A stretch of 64,000 bases of DNA. Source: Myxococcota bacterium. Lineage in GTDB: Bacteria; Myxococcota; XYA12-FULL-58-9; JABJBS01. Each line of letters begins with the position of its first letter. The first letter of the stretch is position 1. Below are positions 30,182 through 40,600 of this stretch, piece after piece. The DNA is taken from the NCBI GenBank assembly GCA_036339465.1, contig JAYZAY010000030.1, positions 10,731-74,730 of the forward strand, in the 5' to 3' direction. The position numbers and the translations under genes are program-made. Below the pieces are notes generated by a model that saw nothing but the letters and a program-made list of their open reading frames with translations, had not been told where the DNA came from and ran no database searches.

Positions 30182-30988
30182 ATGAGTCGGATATCATATC
30201 AAATTGCAACGATACGCGTCTTACTTAAACGGGAAGTCCTTAAATATCGTCGGATGCCTTTAACCCTCTTGAGTATTATGGGTTTTTCGGTCGGGGTGTG
30301 GCTTTTAATGGGCTTAGGGTTTGGGCCTCTTTTTGAGACGACAAATCTTCCCTTTTCTTTCGACGAGTTTATGTTTCCAGGTTTGGTTTTGATGGTTATG
30401 ATTCTCTCGGCTATTTTTTTGAACGAAGACGTTGTGACCGATAGGTACAGTGGTTTCATGCGAACTCTATTGAATGCGCCTGGTGGGGTTGGCGCTCTAA
30501 TTGTTGGTAAATGTTTAGGCGTGAGTGTCGTCACCTTAGTTCAAGCGGGATTCATTTTTCTTCTTTTTCCTTTATTGGGTGGTTCTTTTGGAGAGATTGA
30601 TTGGCTGATTGTGGTCAGTGTCTTTTTATGTGCCTCCACCGCCCTAACGGCATTCTGCTTTTCATGTGCGTGGTTGAGTAAGAGTCTCGACGCATATCGA
30701 ACTCTTCTTTTCAGCGTCTTAGTCTCCGTCTGGTTTCTGTCGGGGGCTCTTTTTCCAATGCTTTTAACGCGTCCTTGGGTGGAGCAGCTTTCGCGTTGGA
30801 ATCCGATGGCGCATACTTTCTTTCTACTTCGACATGCCCTCTACACGGAAAAAACACCCATGTTCTCAGGTAGCAGGGGAGTAGATACAGACTTTTCTTT
30901 ACTCTTTATCGGCGGCTTTACGCTGGTAACAATCCTAGCGGCGGCGTTTTTGAGGCGGGAAAATGTGGGGGAAGATTTGCGGTCTTAG
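30182..30988 (+). CDS. ABC-2 type transporter permease
   Basis: About 6 TM helices, FMFPG, DR..GF, GK..G, FLSGALFP, WNPM. Confidence 0.88.
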   Translation: MSRISYQIATIRVLLKREVLKYRRMPLTLLSIMGFSVGVWLLMGLGFGPLFETTNLPFSFDEFMFPGLVLMVMILSAIFLNEDVVTDRYSGFMRTLLNAPGGVGALIVGKCLGVSVVTLVQAGFIFLLFPLLGGSFGEIDWLIVVSVFLCASTALTAFCFSCAWLSKSLDAYRTLLFSVLVSVWFLSGALFPMLLTRPWVEQLSRWNPMAHTFFLLRHALYTEKTPMFSGSRGVDTDFSLLFIGGFTLVTILAAAFLRRENVGEDLRS

Positions 30989-30995
30989 GTGAATT

Positions 30996-31379
30996 TCATC
31001 CGTTGTCTCTTGGCTTCAGACCTATGTGGCTACCGAACTCTGCTTCAACTTTGTCAATATCATCGGTATTATAGCGAATGAGGTTTCGAAGATGCTCAAG
31101 GTCATCCAAGGCGACGCCTGTGAATTCTATGCCCAAACCTTTTTCTGTATCCCGGCTGACTTGGCCGCTGATGTCAAGTTTGATTCCGCCTCCGTCCAAT
31201 TCGAGTTGAACTTCACAGCTCGTTCCAAGTGGGAGTTTTCCCGTGCACTCGAGATAGACGCCATTGAGACTAAGGTTTTCTGCAATGCCACAAATCGAGG
31301 TTTTGTCTTCCGCACTGAGTTCCACTTTAAGGCTCACCAAAACCCTTGTAAATTCCCGACGATTTTCATCATTGCTCAT
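30996..31379 (-). CDS. Single-domain PilZ (c-di-GMP-binding) protein
   Basis: RREFTR (RxxxR) and NLSLNG ([D/N]xSxxG); AGGAGA RBS before ATG 31379. Confidence 0.88.
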   Translation of the reverse strand: MSNDENRREFTRVLVSLKVELSAEDKTSICGIAENLSLNGVYLECTGKLPLGTSCEVQLELDGGGIKLDISGQVSRDTEKGLGIEFTGVALDDLEHLRNLIRYNTDDIDKVEAEFGSHIGLKPRDNG

Positions 31380-31421
31380 CCACGGTCTCCTGCGATAGGT
31401 TAGAGTGTCCTCTAACCTCCA

Positions 31422-32960
31422 ATGAAGCACAACACCATGTTTGGGTCCAGAAATAAATGCCGAATGAGATTTGAGCCTACCCTTCAAAGTGGCGCTCTTT
31501 TGATTGCGATTGTTTTGAGCCTTTCCTCTCTTTCATGGGCCCAAGAAGAACCGGGAGGACCTGCCGGTCCAACAGGAAGGATTCCTGTCGAGCAGGCCGA
31601 AACACTTGAAGAACCCTTGATGTTTTGGGCCGACGCAGTGGCTTTTGATGAACATGGCGGTGGCAGCTCAAAGATATACGAGGTGGAAATCGGTGGTACT
31701 ATCGATTTGGGACTGGCGGCTTTTGTGGAGAGAGTAGCCCTTCGTGCGACCAAAGAAGATTTGATATTGTTGAGGATTAAGACATTTGGAGGGCGTGTCG
31801 ATGCTGCGGTTCGTATCCGCGATGCGCTGCTGAATGCCGACGCCGTGTCCGTTGCTTTTGTCGATATGAGAGCGATAAGTGCGGGTGCCCTCATTTCTTT
31901 GGCATGTCATACGATAATTATGAGTCCCGGAGGTTCGATTGGTGCGGCGACACCGGTTCAGGGCGGAGGGGCCGATCAAGCATCTCGGCCTTCCTCGGAA
32001 AAAGTGGTTAGTTACATGCGTGCCGAAATGCGCGCCACAGCAGAGGCGAGGGATAGGCGAGGAGATTTAGCTGAAGCCATGGTGGATGCGGATATTGTTG
32101 TTGAAGGGGTGACAGAGAAAGGGAAGCTCCTAACGCTCACCACACAAAAAGCTTTTGCGCTTAAACTCGTCGATGGAATTTTGGATGACTATGAAAAAAT
32201 TCCCGCCGCCCTCAATCGAGGAAAGTCTGAGCGGGTTTCCATGGAAGCCCATTGGGGAGAGAAAATCGCGCGCTTTCTTACGGACCCGTCCGTGAGCAGT
32301 TTGTTGATGACTTTTGGTATGCTGGGGTTGTTACTGGAGTTTTATACTCCGGGTTTTGGGGTGGGGGGCGCCATTGGGGCACTTTGCTTATCACTCTTTT
32401 TCTTTGGGCAATATGCGGCCAATCTGGTCGGCTTCGAAGAAGTGGGCTTATTGGTTTTTGGGCTTATTCTTGTTTTGATTGAAATATTTGCGATTCCGGG
32501 ATTTGGGTTAGTTGGACTATTGGGATTCTTATTCATTTGCGCTGCTTTTGTCATGTCCCTTCTGGAGACCACCATTCCTGTCGATGTGGCTTTGGACTTG
32601 GGCTATCTTCAAGATGCCTTAGAAAGTGCGAGTTTAAGGATTGCGATTTTGTTGGTGGTGGCCACGGTTGCATCCATCACCTTCATGTCTCGTTTCTCTA
32701 AGCTGCGAGGGACGAAGGCCATGATTTTGGAAGCTCCTCCATCCGAAGAAGGCCCAAAATCCACGAGTACAGATTTTCGAGGTATGAAAGGTAAGGGCGG
32801 AGTTGCCATGACGGACCTTCGTCCATCTGGATTTGTTAGAATTGAGGGCGAGCGAATCAACGCTCTTACGGAAGGGGAATTTATTCCCGCAGGTTCCGAT
32901 ATTATCGTTCTCGAAGGCAAGGGGGCTGAGGTGGTTGTGGCTTTGGGGGATGGGAAATAA
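31422..32960 (+). CDS. nfeD: NfeD-family membrane serine protease (long form)
   Basis: ClpP-like domain (TFGG, AISAGA, SEK, AEAMVD), TM region with PGFG, C-terminal OB fold TDLRPSG; precedes floA. Start could be 31464. Confidence 0.9.
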   Translation: MKHNTMFGSRNKCRMRFEPTLQSGALLIAIVLSLSSLSWAQEEPGGPAGPTGRIPVEQAETLEEPLMFWADAVAFDEHGGGSSKIYEVEIGGTIDLGLAAFVERVALRATKEDLILLRIKTFGGRVDAAVRIRDALLNADAVSVAFVDMRAISAGALISLACHTIIMSPGGSIGAATPVQGGGADQASRPSSEKVVSYMRAEMRATAEARDRRGDLAEAMVDADIVVEGVTEKGKLLTLTTQKAFALKLVDGILDDYEKIPAALNRGKSERVSMEAHWGEKIARFLTDPSVSSLLMTFGMLGLLLEFYTPGFGVGGAIGALCLSLFFFGQYAANLVGFEEVGLLVFGLILVLIEIFAIPGFGLVGLLGFLFICAAFVMSLLETTIPVDVALDLGYLQDALESASLRIAILLVVATVASITFMSRFSKLRGTKAMILEAPPSEEGPKSTSTDFRGMKGKGGVAMTDLRPSGFVRIEGERINALTEGEFIPAGSDIIVLEGKGAEVVVALGDGK

Positions 32961-33030
32961 GCGAGCCCAGAGGTTTGGGGCCCCGGACCGTGGTAACGTA
33001 TAAATAGTATTAATTTGGAGGTTTTTGAAT

Positions 33031-34032
33031 ATGACTGGAATCTTTTCGGCAGCAACGATTACGACGCTTGTCGTTATTATTATCGCGCTCTTGTATCTTG
33101 TTCCTGTTGGGCTGTGGCTGCAGGCACAAAAGTCTGGGGCGCCTGTGGGAATCGTTGACCTCATAGGAATGCGCTTTCGAAAAGTGCCTCCGTCTACGAT
33201 TGTCCAAGCAAGAATCATGGCTCACCAAGCCGTGGTACCGCTTAATCTTAAATCGCTGGAAGCGCATTATATGGCAGGTGGTCATGTTACTTTGGTTGTT
33301 CAGGCCCTCGTTTCTGCAGATCGCGCAGGCATTGGTCTTAACTTTCAAAGGGCCGCAGCCATCGATCTTGCGGGTCGGAATGTTTTGGAAGCGGTCAAAA
33401 TGAGTGTGTTGCCAAGGGTTATTACTACGCCTAAAATTACTGCGATGGCAAAAGATGGCATCCAAGTAAGCGCCTATGTCAAGGTAACCGTGCGTGCGAA
33501 CCTTGACCGATTGGTGGGGGGAGCGACCGAGGAAACCATTTTGGCTCGGGTCGGTGAAGGTGTGGTGACCACCATTGGCTCTGCCGATAGCCACAAAAAG
33601 GTTCTCGAAAACCCCGACGACATTTCCAAGAATGTTTTGACAAAAGGATTAGACCAAGGAACCGCATTTGAAATCCAGTCAATCGATATTGCAGATGTTG
33701 ATGTTGGGGCCAACATTGGGGCCAAACTTCAAATTGAGCAAGCTGAAGCGGATAAACAAATAGCCCAGGCCAGGGCAGAATCCCGTCGAGCACTTGCGGT
33801 GGCAGAAGAACAGGAAATGCTCGCGAAAATTAACGAGATGCGCGCCAAGGTCGTTGCAGCAGAGGCTTTAGTACCCAAGGGTTTAGCCAATGCCCTTGAG
33901 TCTGGAAATTTAGGTGCCTTCGATTATTTTCAAATGAAGAATGTCGTTGCAGATACCTCCATGCGGAGTTCCATTGGAAAGAGCATGGGTGGAAGTGCTG
34001 GCGGTGGGGGTGAGGATGAAGAGCAAGTCTGA
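33031..34032 (+). CDS. floA: Flotillin-like protein FloA (YqfA/UPF0365)
   Basis: [56 protein letters not shown]. Confidence 0.95.
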   Translation: MTGIFSAATITTLVVIIIALLYLVPVGLWLQAQKSGAPVGIVDLIGMRFRKVPPSTIVQARIMAHQAVVPLNLKSLEAHYMAGGHVTLVVQALVSADRAGIGLNFQRAAAIDLAGRNVLEAVKMSVLPRVITTPKITAMAKDGIQVSAYVKVTVRANLDRLVGGATEETILARVGEGVVTTIGSADSHKKVLENPDDISKNVLTKGLDQGTAFEIQSIDIADVDVGANIGAKLQIEQAEADKQIAQARAESRRALAVAEEQEMLAKINEMRAKVVAAEALVPKGLANALESGNLGAFDYFQMKNVVADTSMRSSIGKSMGGSAGGGGEDEEQV

Positions 34033-34201
34033 TAAAATACAGAGCTCTTCCGAGGGCACCACTGAGGGAATGGTTCAACGAGTTTTGATGGACAAGAAAC
34101 GTCTGGCTCTTCTGGTCGCTATGGATGGCTTACCTCCGGTTCTGACTCGAAAGTTGAATAGGAATTCAGACTCGCGGCGTTTGGGCAAAATTTATGGATG
34201 A
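34016..34201 (+). CDS. Possible small hypothetical protein (61 aa) in the nfeD-floA operon
   Basis: ATG 34016 overlaps the floA end, follows a G-rich RBS-like stretch, and its stop overlaps the next start; fills the gap exactly. Confidence 0.35.
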   Translation: MKSKSDKIQSSSEGTTEGMVQRVLMDKKRLALLVAMDGLPPVLTRKLNRNSDSRRLGKIYG

Positions 34202-34694
34202 TGGTCTCCTCCAGATTCTAGCCTTTATTGGCTATTTGATTCTGGCCAATGTGTTTCGGACATTTAGGAATCGCGGTACTCAGGGGGCCACTTCCACCAA
34301 CAATCGGCCCACAGCGGAGACAGAGACTACCTACCGGGATTTTCGGGACCCGGAGTCCAATTGTTTGGATGAGCATTGGGTTGAGGACGACGATGTTGAC
34401 TCCGAAGTGTTCAAGCCACCAATCATTGATGAAGACAAGGTTTATGTTTATCGGGGTGCCCCCAAGGAAAGAAGTTTAAGGGAGTCTGTGGAGGTTGATG
34501 CTCGGAACTCAATGGCGGAGACAGGGAGTGTCGGTGATCTAGCAATGGCTTTTTTGGAGCATCAAGCGCATGGAGGGGCGGCGGGGGCTGGCAACGCAAC
34601 GGTCATTGGCCGGGAACACAAAGGTTTTTCTTGTCCGCGTGAGGAGATAAAAGACGTGATTGTGACTGCCGAACTGTTTAAGAGACTTGTCTGA
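34194..34694 (+). CDS. Hypothetical protein, YqfB-like third gene of nfeD-floA operons
   Basis: N-terminal TM helix, charged linker, C-terminal EEIKDVIVTAELF motif; operon position. Confidence 0.6.
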   Translation: MDDGLLQILAFIGYLILANVFRTFRNRGTQGATSTNNRPTAETETTYRDFRDPESNCLDEHWVEDDDVDSEVFKPPIIDEDKVYVYRGAPKERSLRESVEVDARNSMAETGSVGDLAMAFLEHQAHGGAAGAGNATVIGREHKGFSCPREEIKDVIVTAELFKRLV

Positions 34695-34872
34695 CTTTAT
34701 CGGTTTTTCTGTCCAAACCGACTCGACAACACGATTCGCCTTTTTTAGACTTAGCTTCAACTGGCAAGACAATGGACAAAAACTTGGGACAGGGTGGCTT
34801 TCCGATTACACTTTCTTACCTGCCCTTCTGCCGGCGCGAAGGCCGGGAATAAGATGCTCGGCAAGGGGTTCT

Positions 34873-35490
34873 ATGAATGAATATAGAGTAAATGAGATGG
34901 ACTTAGGGGGCACAAAGGATGGTGTGAGGGCGCCTAGCTCGGCAGGTTTTACGCTTGTAGATTCATTTCTCGGTATGGCTATTTTTTTGATTGCTATCGC
35001 AACCACTATTGGGGTTCAGTCTTCTGCTTCGGATGCGTTCTTGAAGAACCGCAACGCATCTTTTGCTGCCACGATCGCTCAAAGCGTGATTGAAGAAAAT
35101 TTTGTCGTGGATCGGTCAGGATTAAGTGGGGGCGGAGTATCGCCTCGGTTTTATGATAAATCTGGCTTTGAATTGACGGGAACACATACGGTAAGTGCCC
35201 ATTACCGGGTTGATGTTACGACCTCTACTCCAGAAATCGGCAGCTTGGATGGCCAAGAATATGATCAAGGAGCGGGAGGAGGCGCAGACAAGCAATTTTC
35301 CATGGATTATTTACGAAGGTTGGAAGTTGTGGTTTGTTTTGGAACTCTATCTCGTCTAGAGGCCAGCATTATCAACAGCGCCAATGCATCTATCTGTCAG
35401 ACCACCATTGAAGCCGCGGTGAATTCGAGTCAGGCTCCCAATTTAAAACTGTATCGTACCTTTACGAATTTACTTGCGGGTGATTCATGA
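34873..35490 (+). CDS. pilV: Type IV minor pilin, PilV-like
   Basis: Prepilin motif AG|FTLVD plus hydrophobic helix; first gene of a translationally coupled pilin operon. Confidence 0.7.
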   Translation: MNEYRVNEMDLGGTKDGVRAPSSAGFTLVDSFLGMAIFLIAIATTIGVQSSASDAFLKNRNASFAATIAQSVIEENFVVDRSGLSGGGVSPRFYDKSGFELTGTHTVSAHYRVDVTTSTPEIGSLDGQEYDQGAGGGADKQFSMDYLRRLEVVVCFGTLSRLEASIINSANASICQTTIEAAVNSSQAPNLKLYRTFTNLLAGDS

Positions 35491-36986
35491 GGTGTTCGCA
35501 TATGAAGGTGGGCGGTTTCACCTTAGTAGAGCTCATGGTGACTCTCGGGGTTACAGGTATCGCGATGACTGTTATCTTGACCGGTGTCGGTGGCATTTTT
35601 CGTGGTTATGAAAAGCAGTTAAGTGGTGTTCATGCCCTGGAAAATGGACGAACTGCAATGCGTGTTATTCGACAACACCTTCAAAATGCAGGGTATGGTT
35701 TTTCAATGTATGGAAATAGCGCGGGTTTTTTTCCACTGGGACAATGTTGGCGCTCAAGCAATACAGAAAGCTGCAATAACATCGATGAAATTCCTGTGAG
35801 CAGTGGGCTTTTTCACGACCGCCTGAGAGTGCTCTACGGCCGAGCGGATGGCCTGGATTTTTTTAGGGAATCCTGTGGTGTGACGAGCAGTTCAGAAATC
35901 AAAGTTTTTAACTATGCTTCGACCACACCAGTTTTGAATGACCAAGGGGAAAAATTCGCGATTCTTTCCGGGGAGTGTGTTGTAGCCGCTGCGGGTAAGG
36001 ACAGCAGTACGGTTCTTATGAAATTAACGTCAGAGAGCGCGCAGGGCGAATCTCAAAGTGGACCAACGGTCGATTGCTCTACGGGTCCGGGTGGCCTGGG
36101 GTGTTCATGTCTTGATGATAGTGATTGCACGACATCAGGGCAGAGGTGCCGCGCTGATTACAATTATTGCACGAAAGCTTGTAGCAGCAAGGGTGACTGT
36201 GCACCAGGGCAGCTCTGCGAAGACGGGGAATGCTTTTTTGGATGCGATGACCCATCAAATATCAAGAGAGCCCATAGAATATATGGCTACACGCCATACA
36301 CCGATGCGAAAATGAGTGAAGGTGATACCTGTGTGGGGGCATCTTATCAAAACTTCAATTTGTTGATGGCGGAATTGGTGGATTTTCGAATCCAACAATC
36401 GAATGGTTTTCCCGTTTTGAAAATGGTCAAGAATATTCTCGCTAAGGAGGAATCCAATAATCGTTTCAGTTGGGATACCGATGCCGTTACCGTAGCATCC
36501 GGGATCGAAACGCTTCAGGTTCGCTATGGTCTAGATTTGGGGGTTGACGGGAATTGTGCTGCTCAAGGTAATGAGACTGATTGTAAGAAATACCGAAATT
36601 GCTCATGGGATACGACCAAGGGTTGTAGTTCATCGGAGAATGCCACAGGAAATTATGAGGTTGATTGTTGGTGTGATGATCCCATTGATTTGAGCACCTG
36701 TTTTCGCAAGGACTGCGCAGATACAACCATTGATTGTCAGAGTATAACCGGCCTTGACAATGCGGCAAAGCTGAGCCGCGTCGTTGCGGCGAAGGTGGGT
36801 ATTATTGCGAGGAGTCGGTTGCCTCTGAATAAAGAGGCAACGGAGGATTTGGTGCCCTTACCGAGACGACTGTTTCCAAAGAGATGTGACGGTGAACCAG
36901 ATGGTTCGGTGGTGGTCAGTAATATCCACGATGGGTATACCCGGTGGGTCTTTTATTCGACGGTGGGTCTGAGGAATCGACGATGA
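35487..36986 (+). CDS. pilW: Type IV minor pilin, PilW-like, with Cys-rich insertions
   Basis: GG|FTLVE, LQNAGYG, VASGIETLQVRYGLD, C-terminal STVGLRN. Confidence 0.85.
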   Translation: MRCSHMKVGGFTLVELMVTLGVTGIAMTVILTGVGGIFRGYEKQLSGVHALENGRTAMRVIRQHLQNAGYGFSMYGNSAGFFPLGQCWRSSNTESCNNIDEIPVSSGLFHDRLRVLYGRADGLDFFRESCGVTSSSEIKVFNYASTTPVLNDQGEKFAILSGECVVAAAGKDSSTVLMKLTSESAQGESQSGPTVDCSTGPGGLGCSCLDDSDCTTSGQRCRADYNYCTKACSSKGDCAPGQLCEDGECFFGCDDPSNIKRAHRIYGYTPYTDAKMSEGDTCVGASYQNFNLLMAELVDFRIQQSNGFPVLKMVKNILAKEESNNRFSWDTDAVTVASGIETLQVRYGLDLGVDGNCAAQGNETDCKKYRNCSWDTTKGCSSSENATGNYEVDCWCDDPIDLSTCFRKDCADTTIDCQSITGLDNAAKLSRVVAAKVGIIARSRLPLNKEATEDLVPLPRRLFPKRCDGEPDGSVVVSNIHDGYTRWVFYSTVGLRNRR

Positions 36987-37654
36987 GTAAGGCACACGAG
37001 AGGGGGTATGTTATGATAGTCGCGCTCGTTTTTGGGGCGACGCTAGGTATTATGGGTGTTATTCTCATCAACTCCTTGATGTCTGATGCGAAGTTAATGG
37101 GAGCAGAAAGAAGCACGCTTGAGGCTCAACAGTTGGCTGAAATGGGTATTGCGTGGGCTTATGATTTTATCAATCGAAAAATTGAGATCGACCAATCCGA
37201 TACCAGCAATGAAGGATTGAACGGCTATACTAATTATACGCCTTTGCTAAAATTCCGACCAGTGGCGGATTATGGCTATGGTTATACCACCAGTGATAGT
37301 TCGGTGGTCCAGGGGTCGCGGACCAAGATTCTGGCCACAAATGATAATGTCTGCGCGGTGAAGGCTATTTATCGGGCTCAGGGGGGAGCCTGCTACCCAA
37401 AAGAGTTCTTAGGGACGAGCAATTCCCGCCAATGGCGGCGGCTGCACAAAGATGAGGAGCGCGTGCTGGTGCGCAATTCAGAGAATGCGACGAAGGGCAG
37501 TTATCGTGTGGCCATAAGAGATGACGATGATGGTGATGGCAATTATGAATTGGATACCAACCAGTCAATTTTGGTCCGTTCATACGGAGTATCTTTAGGC
37601 GGAGCCCGGAAACTCATTGAAGTTAGGTTTAGTTGGGGATGTGATAGATTTTAA
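36983..37654 (+). CDS. pilX: Type IV minor pilin, PilX-like
   Basis: RG|YVMIV (no E5, as expected for PilX), AQQLAEMGI, DDDDGDG..D.N, VRSYG; ATGA overlap with pilW. Confidence 0.8.
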   Translation: MSKAHERGYVMIVALVFGATLGIMGVILINSLMSDAKLMGAERSTLEAQQLAEMGIAWAYDFINRKIEIDQSDTSNEGLNGYTNYTPLLKFRPVADYGYGYTTSDSSVVQGSRTKILATNDNVCAVKAIYRAQGGACYPKEFLGTSNSRQWRRLHKDEERVLVRNSENATKGSYRVAIRDDDDGDGNYELDTNQSILVRSYGVSLGGARKLIEVRFSWGCDRF

Positions 37655-37667
37655 AAAGAGCGGCGAA

Positions 37668-40600
37668 ATGAAAGAGAGTCAGCGTCGAAAATATTATATT
37701 CTTGCTTTGAGCCTGGCGACTCTTGGGGGCGCGGAGGCTTTTGCTGGCTATACCACACTTACCGTTGCTGACTTAACTTTTGAAAATGAGTTTTTTCGGC
37801 ACATTGCCCCTGAAGTTGAGTGCCCTTGGCTGGATGCCTCGGTTCAGCAGTGTGACAACAGCTTTGGATGGGGACATGGGGAACTGACGCTCCCGAGGGT
37901 TGCGGATCCCACATCGGAGGGAGATTATAATCGGTTTAGTACAGAGTGGCGCGGCACCATCACCGATCTTGCTCCCGGAAATTTTGTAAGCTCTATCTGG
38001 GCCGCTTCCGGGGACTCCACGTCGCCGACCATCAATCAACCGAAACCACGGCAACTTCTTTTGGTCCTCACCAAAGAGATAAATGAGGTGGCGGGAGGGA
38101 ATAATTGCGGCCTTTTGATACAGGTCGCCAACAATCTCGGCTTTGGCACGGCCAATCGATTTATGGGGGTCCAGCGCCACAAGGGGTGGCAAGGTAACCA
38201 AACGGAGTGTCTCATTGAAACATCGACATCCTCCTCAGCACCTGCATGCGAGGCTATGGCCAGCAGTGAATGGAGCTCTTTTTCAGAGGCGAACCCTAAT
38301 TTTACCTGTAACCATATTGATAGTTATCGCTATGCTCTGGATGTGGGGGATTTCAATGGTGATGGGTATGAAGATTTTGTCTATTTACGCTCGGGGCAAA
38401 ATGGACAATTAGATTCTCATTCACGTTTCATTGTGGGAGAGAATGTTACCAGTGGCAGTTGCAATGCTGGTCAGGAGCTCTCCCTAAGTACGGTTAAGGA
38501 GATCAACAAAGATACCAGTGGTAATGAAATAGAGGAATTTGGCAGTAACCGTTCGTTATGTGTCAAACAACTAAGTACGTCCGACTGGCTTCAGGCCCAA
38601 TTACCCAGCTCTGCATGTTGGCAAATTCCCATGAATGGTGACACAGCGGTTTCCGGTGACTTGCAGAATACGGGGGGCCAAGATGAATTCGTGCTTGGGG
38701 TTTCCGGCTGTGACTCTAATATCGGCTCCAATGCAATTCTCGTCTATAAAGATCTTCTGGATAGCAGCACTCGGAGCACATACAATATCCTATTCTCGGA
38801 CCACGGTTTCCAGGCAGTTGCTCTAGAAACAGGCTCCATAGAAATGAGTCCCAATCTTCTTACATGTGAAGCAGGGTCAGTGGCGGCTGCTTCTTATGCC
38901 TACGTTTCAGTCGCGGCCAATGGAGTGACGGATTCACCGAGCAATGTACTTAAGAAGCTAGATATTTCAGAAGGTTCTTCGGGGACAATGGTGACGGTAC
39001 CACTTACGGGGCTGGGTGAGACTGAATCTATAGACAGATTGGTTTACCGAGACTTAACTGGAAACAACGAGGGGGATTTTATTGTTGCTACGAGTAACTC
39101 CAGCGATAGCATTGCGAGGGTCCGCGTTTCTTCTACGGATGATGGTGGTAATTACAAGGTTGAGGGTATTGAGGCGACTTTTCCCGAGCGCGTTTCATTC
39201 ATGGCCTCTCTGGATATGGATGGTGATCCAGAGAATCTCATGGATTTTATGGTGGGTCGAAATTTTGGTTGGGGGGCTCGTTACTATTATGCGATTAATC
39301 GGAGGTCGAACCTCTATCACACTGAAGGTTTTGTGGTTTCGAGAGATTTACTCGCAGGGAATAACGCGAATGGTAAGTTGGTGGTTGATCTCTCTCTCAG
39401 CCCAACCTTTGACAATAGTGGGGGCCCCCTAGCGGAGTTGGATATTTATATCAGTAACAATGGATCAGACTGGCAGACCTATTTCCAATGTACGGGTATT
39501 GCGTGCGCCTACGACGCCATCACCACGAGTTTGGCAGGTAAGCGAGAGAGCTTTCAGAGTTTTGGCAAGGGAGTGTTTGTGGGGATCCGCATGAAAGGTA
39601 TTTCCACCACGACCCTTGGGACCCAAGAACAGGCTTTAACCGAAAAATATGCTACGGCGGAAAAGGAACTGACGAAAAACTCACCGATTCTAAGAAACAT
39701 TCAAGTGACGCCAAGGGTGGTCGACAGTGCTGTCTTTTCCCGCTCTGCATTGGCTCAGCGGGTGAGTGGTAATGATTTCTGGGTCTACTCTTCCTTTTTT
39801 AACTTTCCATGTTTCGAAGGTGGGTTGAAGGCTTACAAGATGTCGGAACGAGTGACCAGCGCAGGGGTTGATCCCAATCAAGCTTGTGGCAACTCTGAAG
39901 AGTTTGACTGTGGTTGGACATCAGGAGCAGTTTCCGGCTGGTTTGACAATGACAGCGGGGAGCCGACGTGGTCTGCAGTGATCAGTGCTAGTTCGGGAAG
40001 TGGTATTGCAGGATTAAAAGAGCTTGTGGCCAGTGACGCGGCTGTCCGAACTGAGGTGTTGGGCAACTCGGCCACTCAAAGCACTGTTTCCACCCTGCTG
40101 ACACGTTTAAAAAGCGGCTATAAGGATCTTACCTCTGGTAACAACTCGACCGCCGAAAGCTGTTTAGAGAAGCCCCCGATGGGGGATGGTGATTGGACGA
40201 TTCGAGATCCGGGACATCAATCGCCCTTGGTCGTGGCGGGTAATTATGCCAAGAGTGCCTCAGGGGTTGAGCTAGAAATTCCTTACTACATCGATAAGCT
40301 TTACCCCACTCTCAAGTCATCTTATATCAGTCACCAAGAAAATCTGAAAAACAATCCTCGAGTTTATCTTGGTACCAACGGGGGGGCCATCTATTCGTTT
40401 GACGCAGCATTAGGAGGAGAGCCAAAGTGGGCATATGTTCCTGAAAACCTTTTATCGAAACTCCAGGAACAAACTGCGGATTACCACAAGCAGTGCAGTG
40501 CCAATTTTGATAATAGTACAGGGAAGCTAACTCTCGCAGATGGCCCAATAGAAACGCGTTATCGCCATCAATACTTCATCGACGGAAATATTACGCAAGT

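Noticed and set aside
32609..33594. Long antisense ORFs (148-194 aa) opposite nfeD/floA, and similar shadow ORFs throughout
   Set aside because: They are antisense shadows of well-supported genes with no motifs of their own.
34687..34872. Long N-terminal extension of the pilV ORF
   Set aside because: The prepilin leader would be implausibly long; ATG 34873 (or 34897) fits better.
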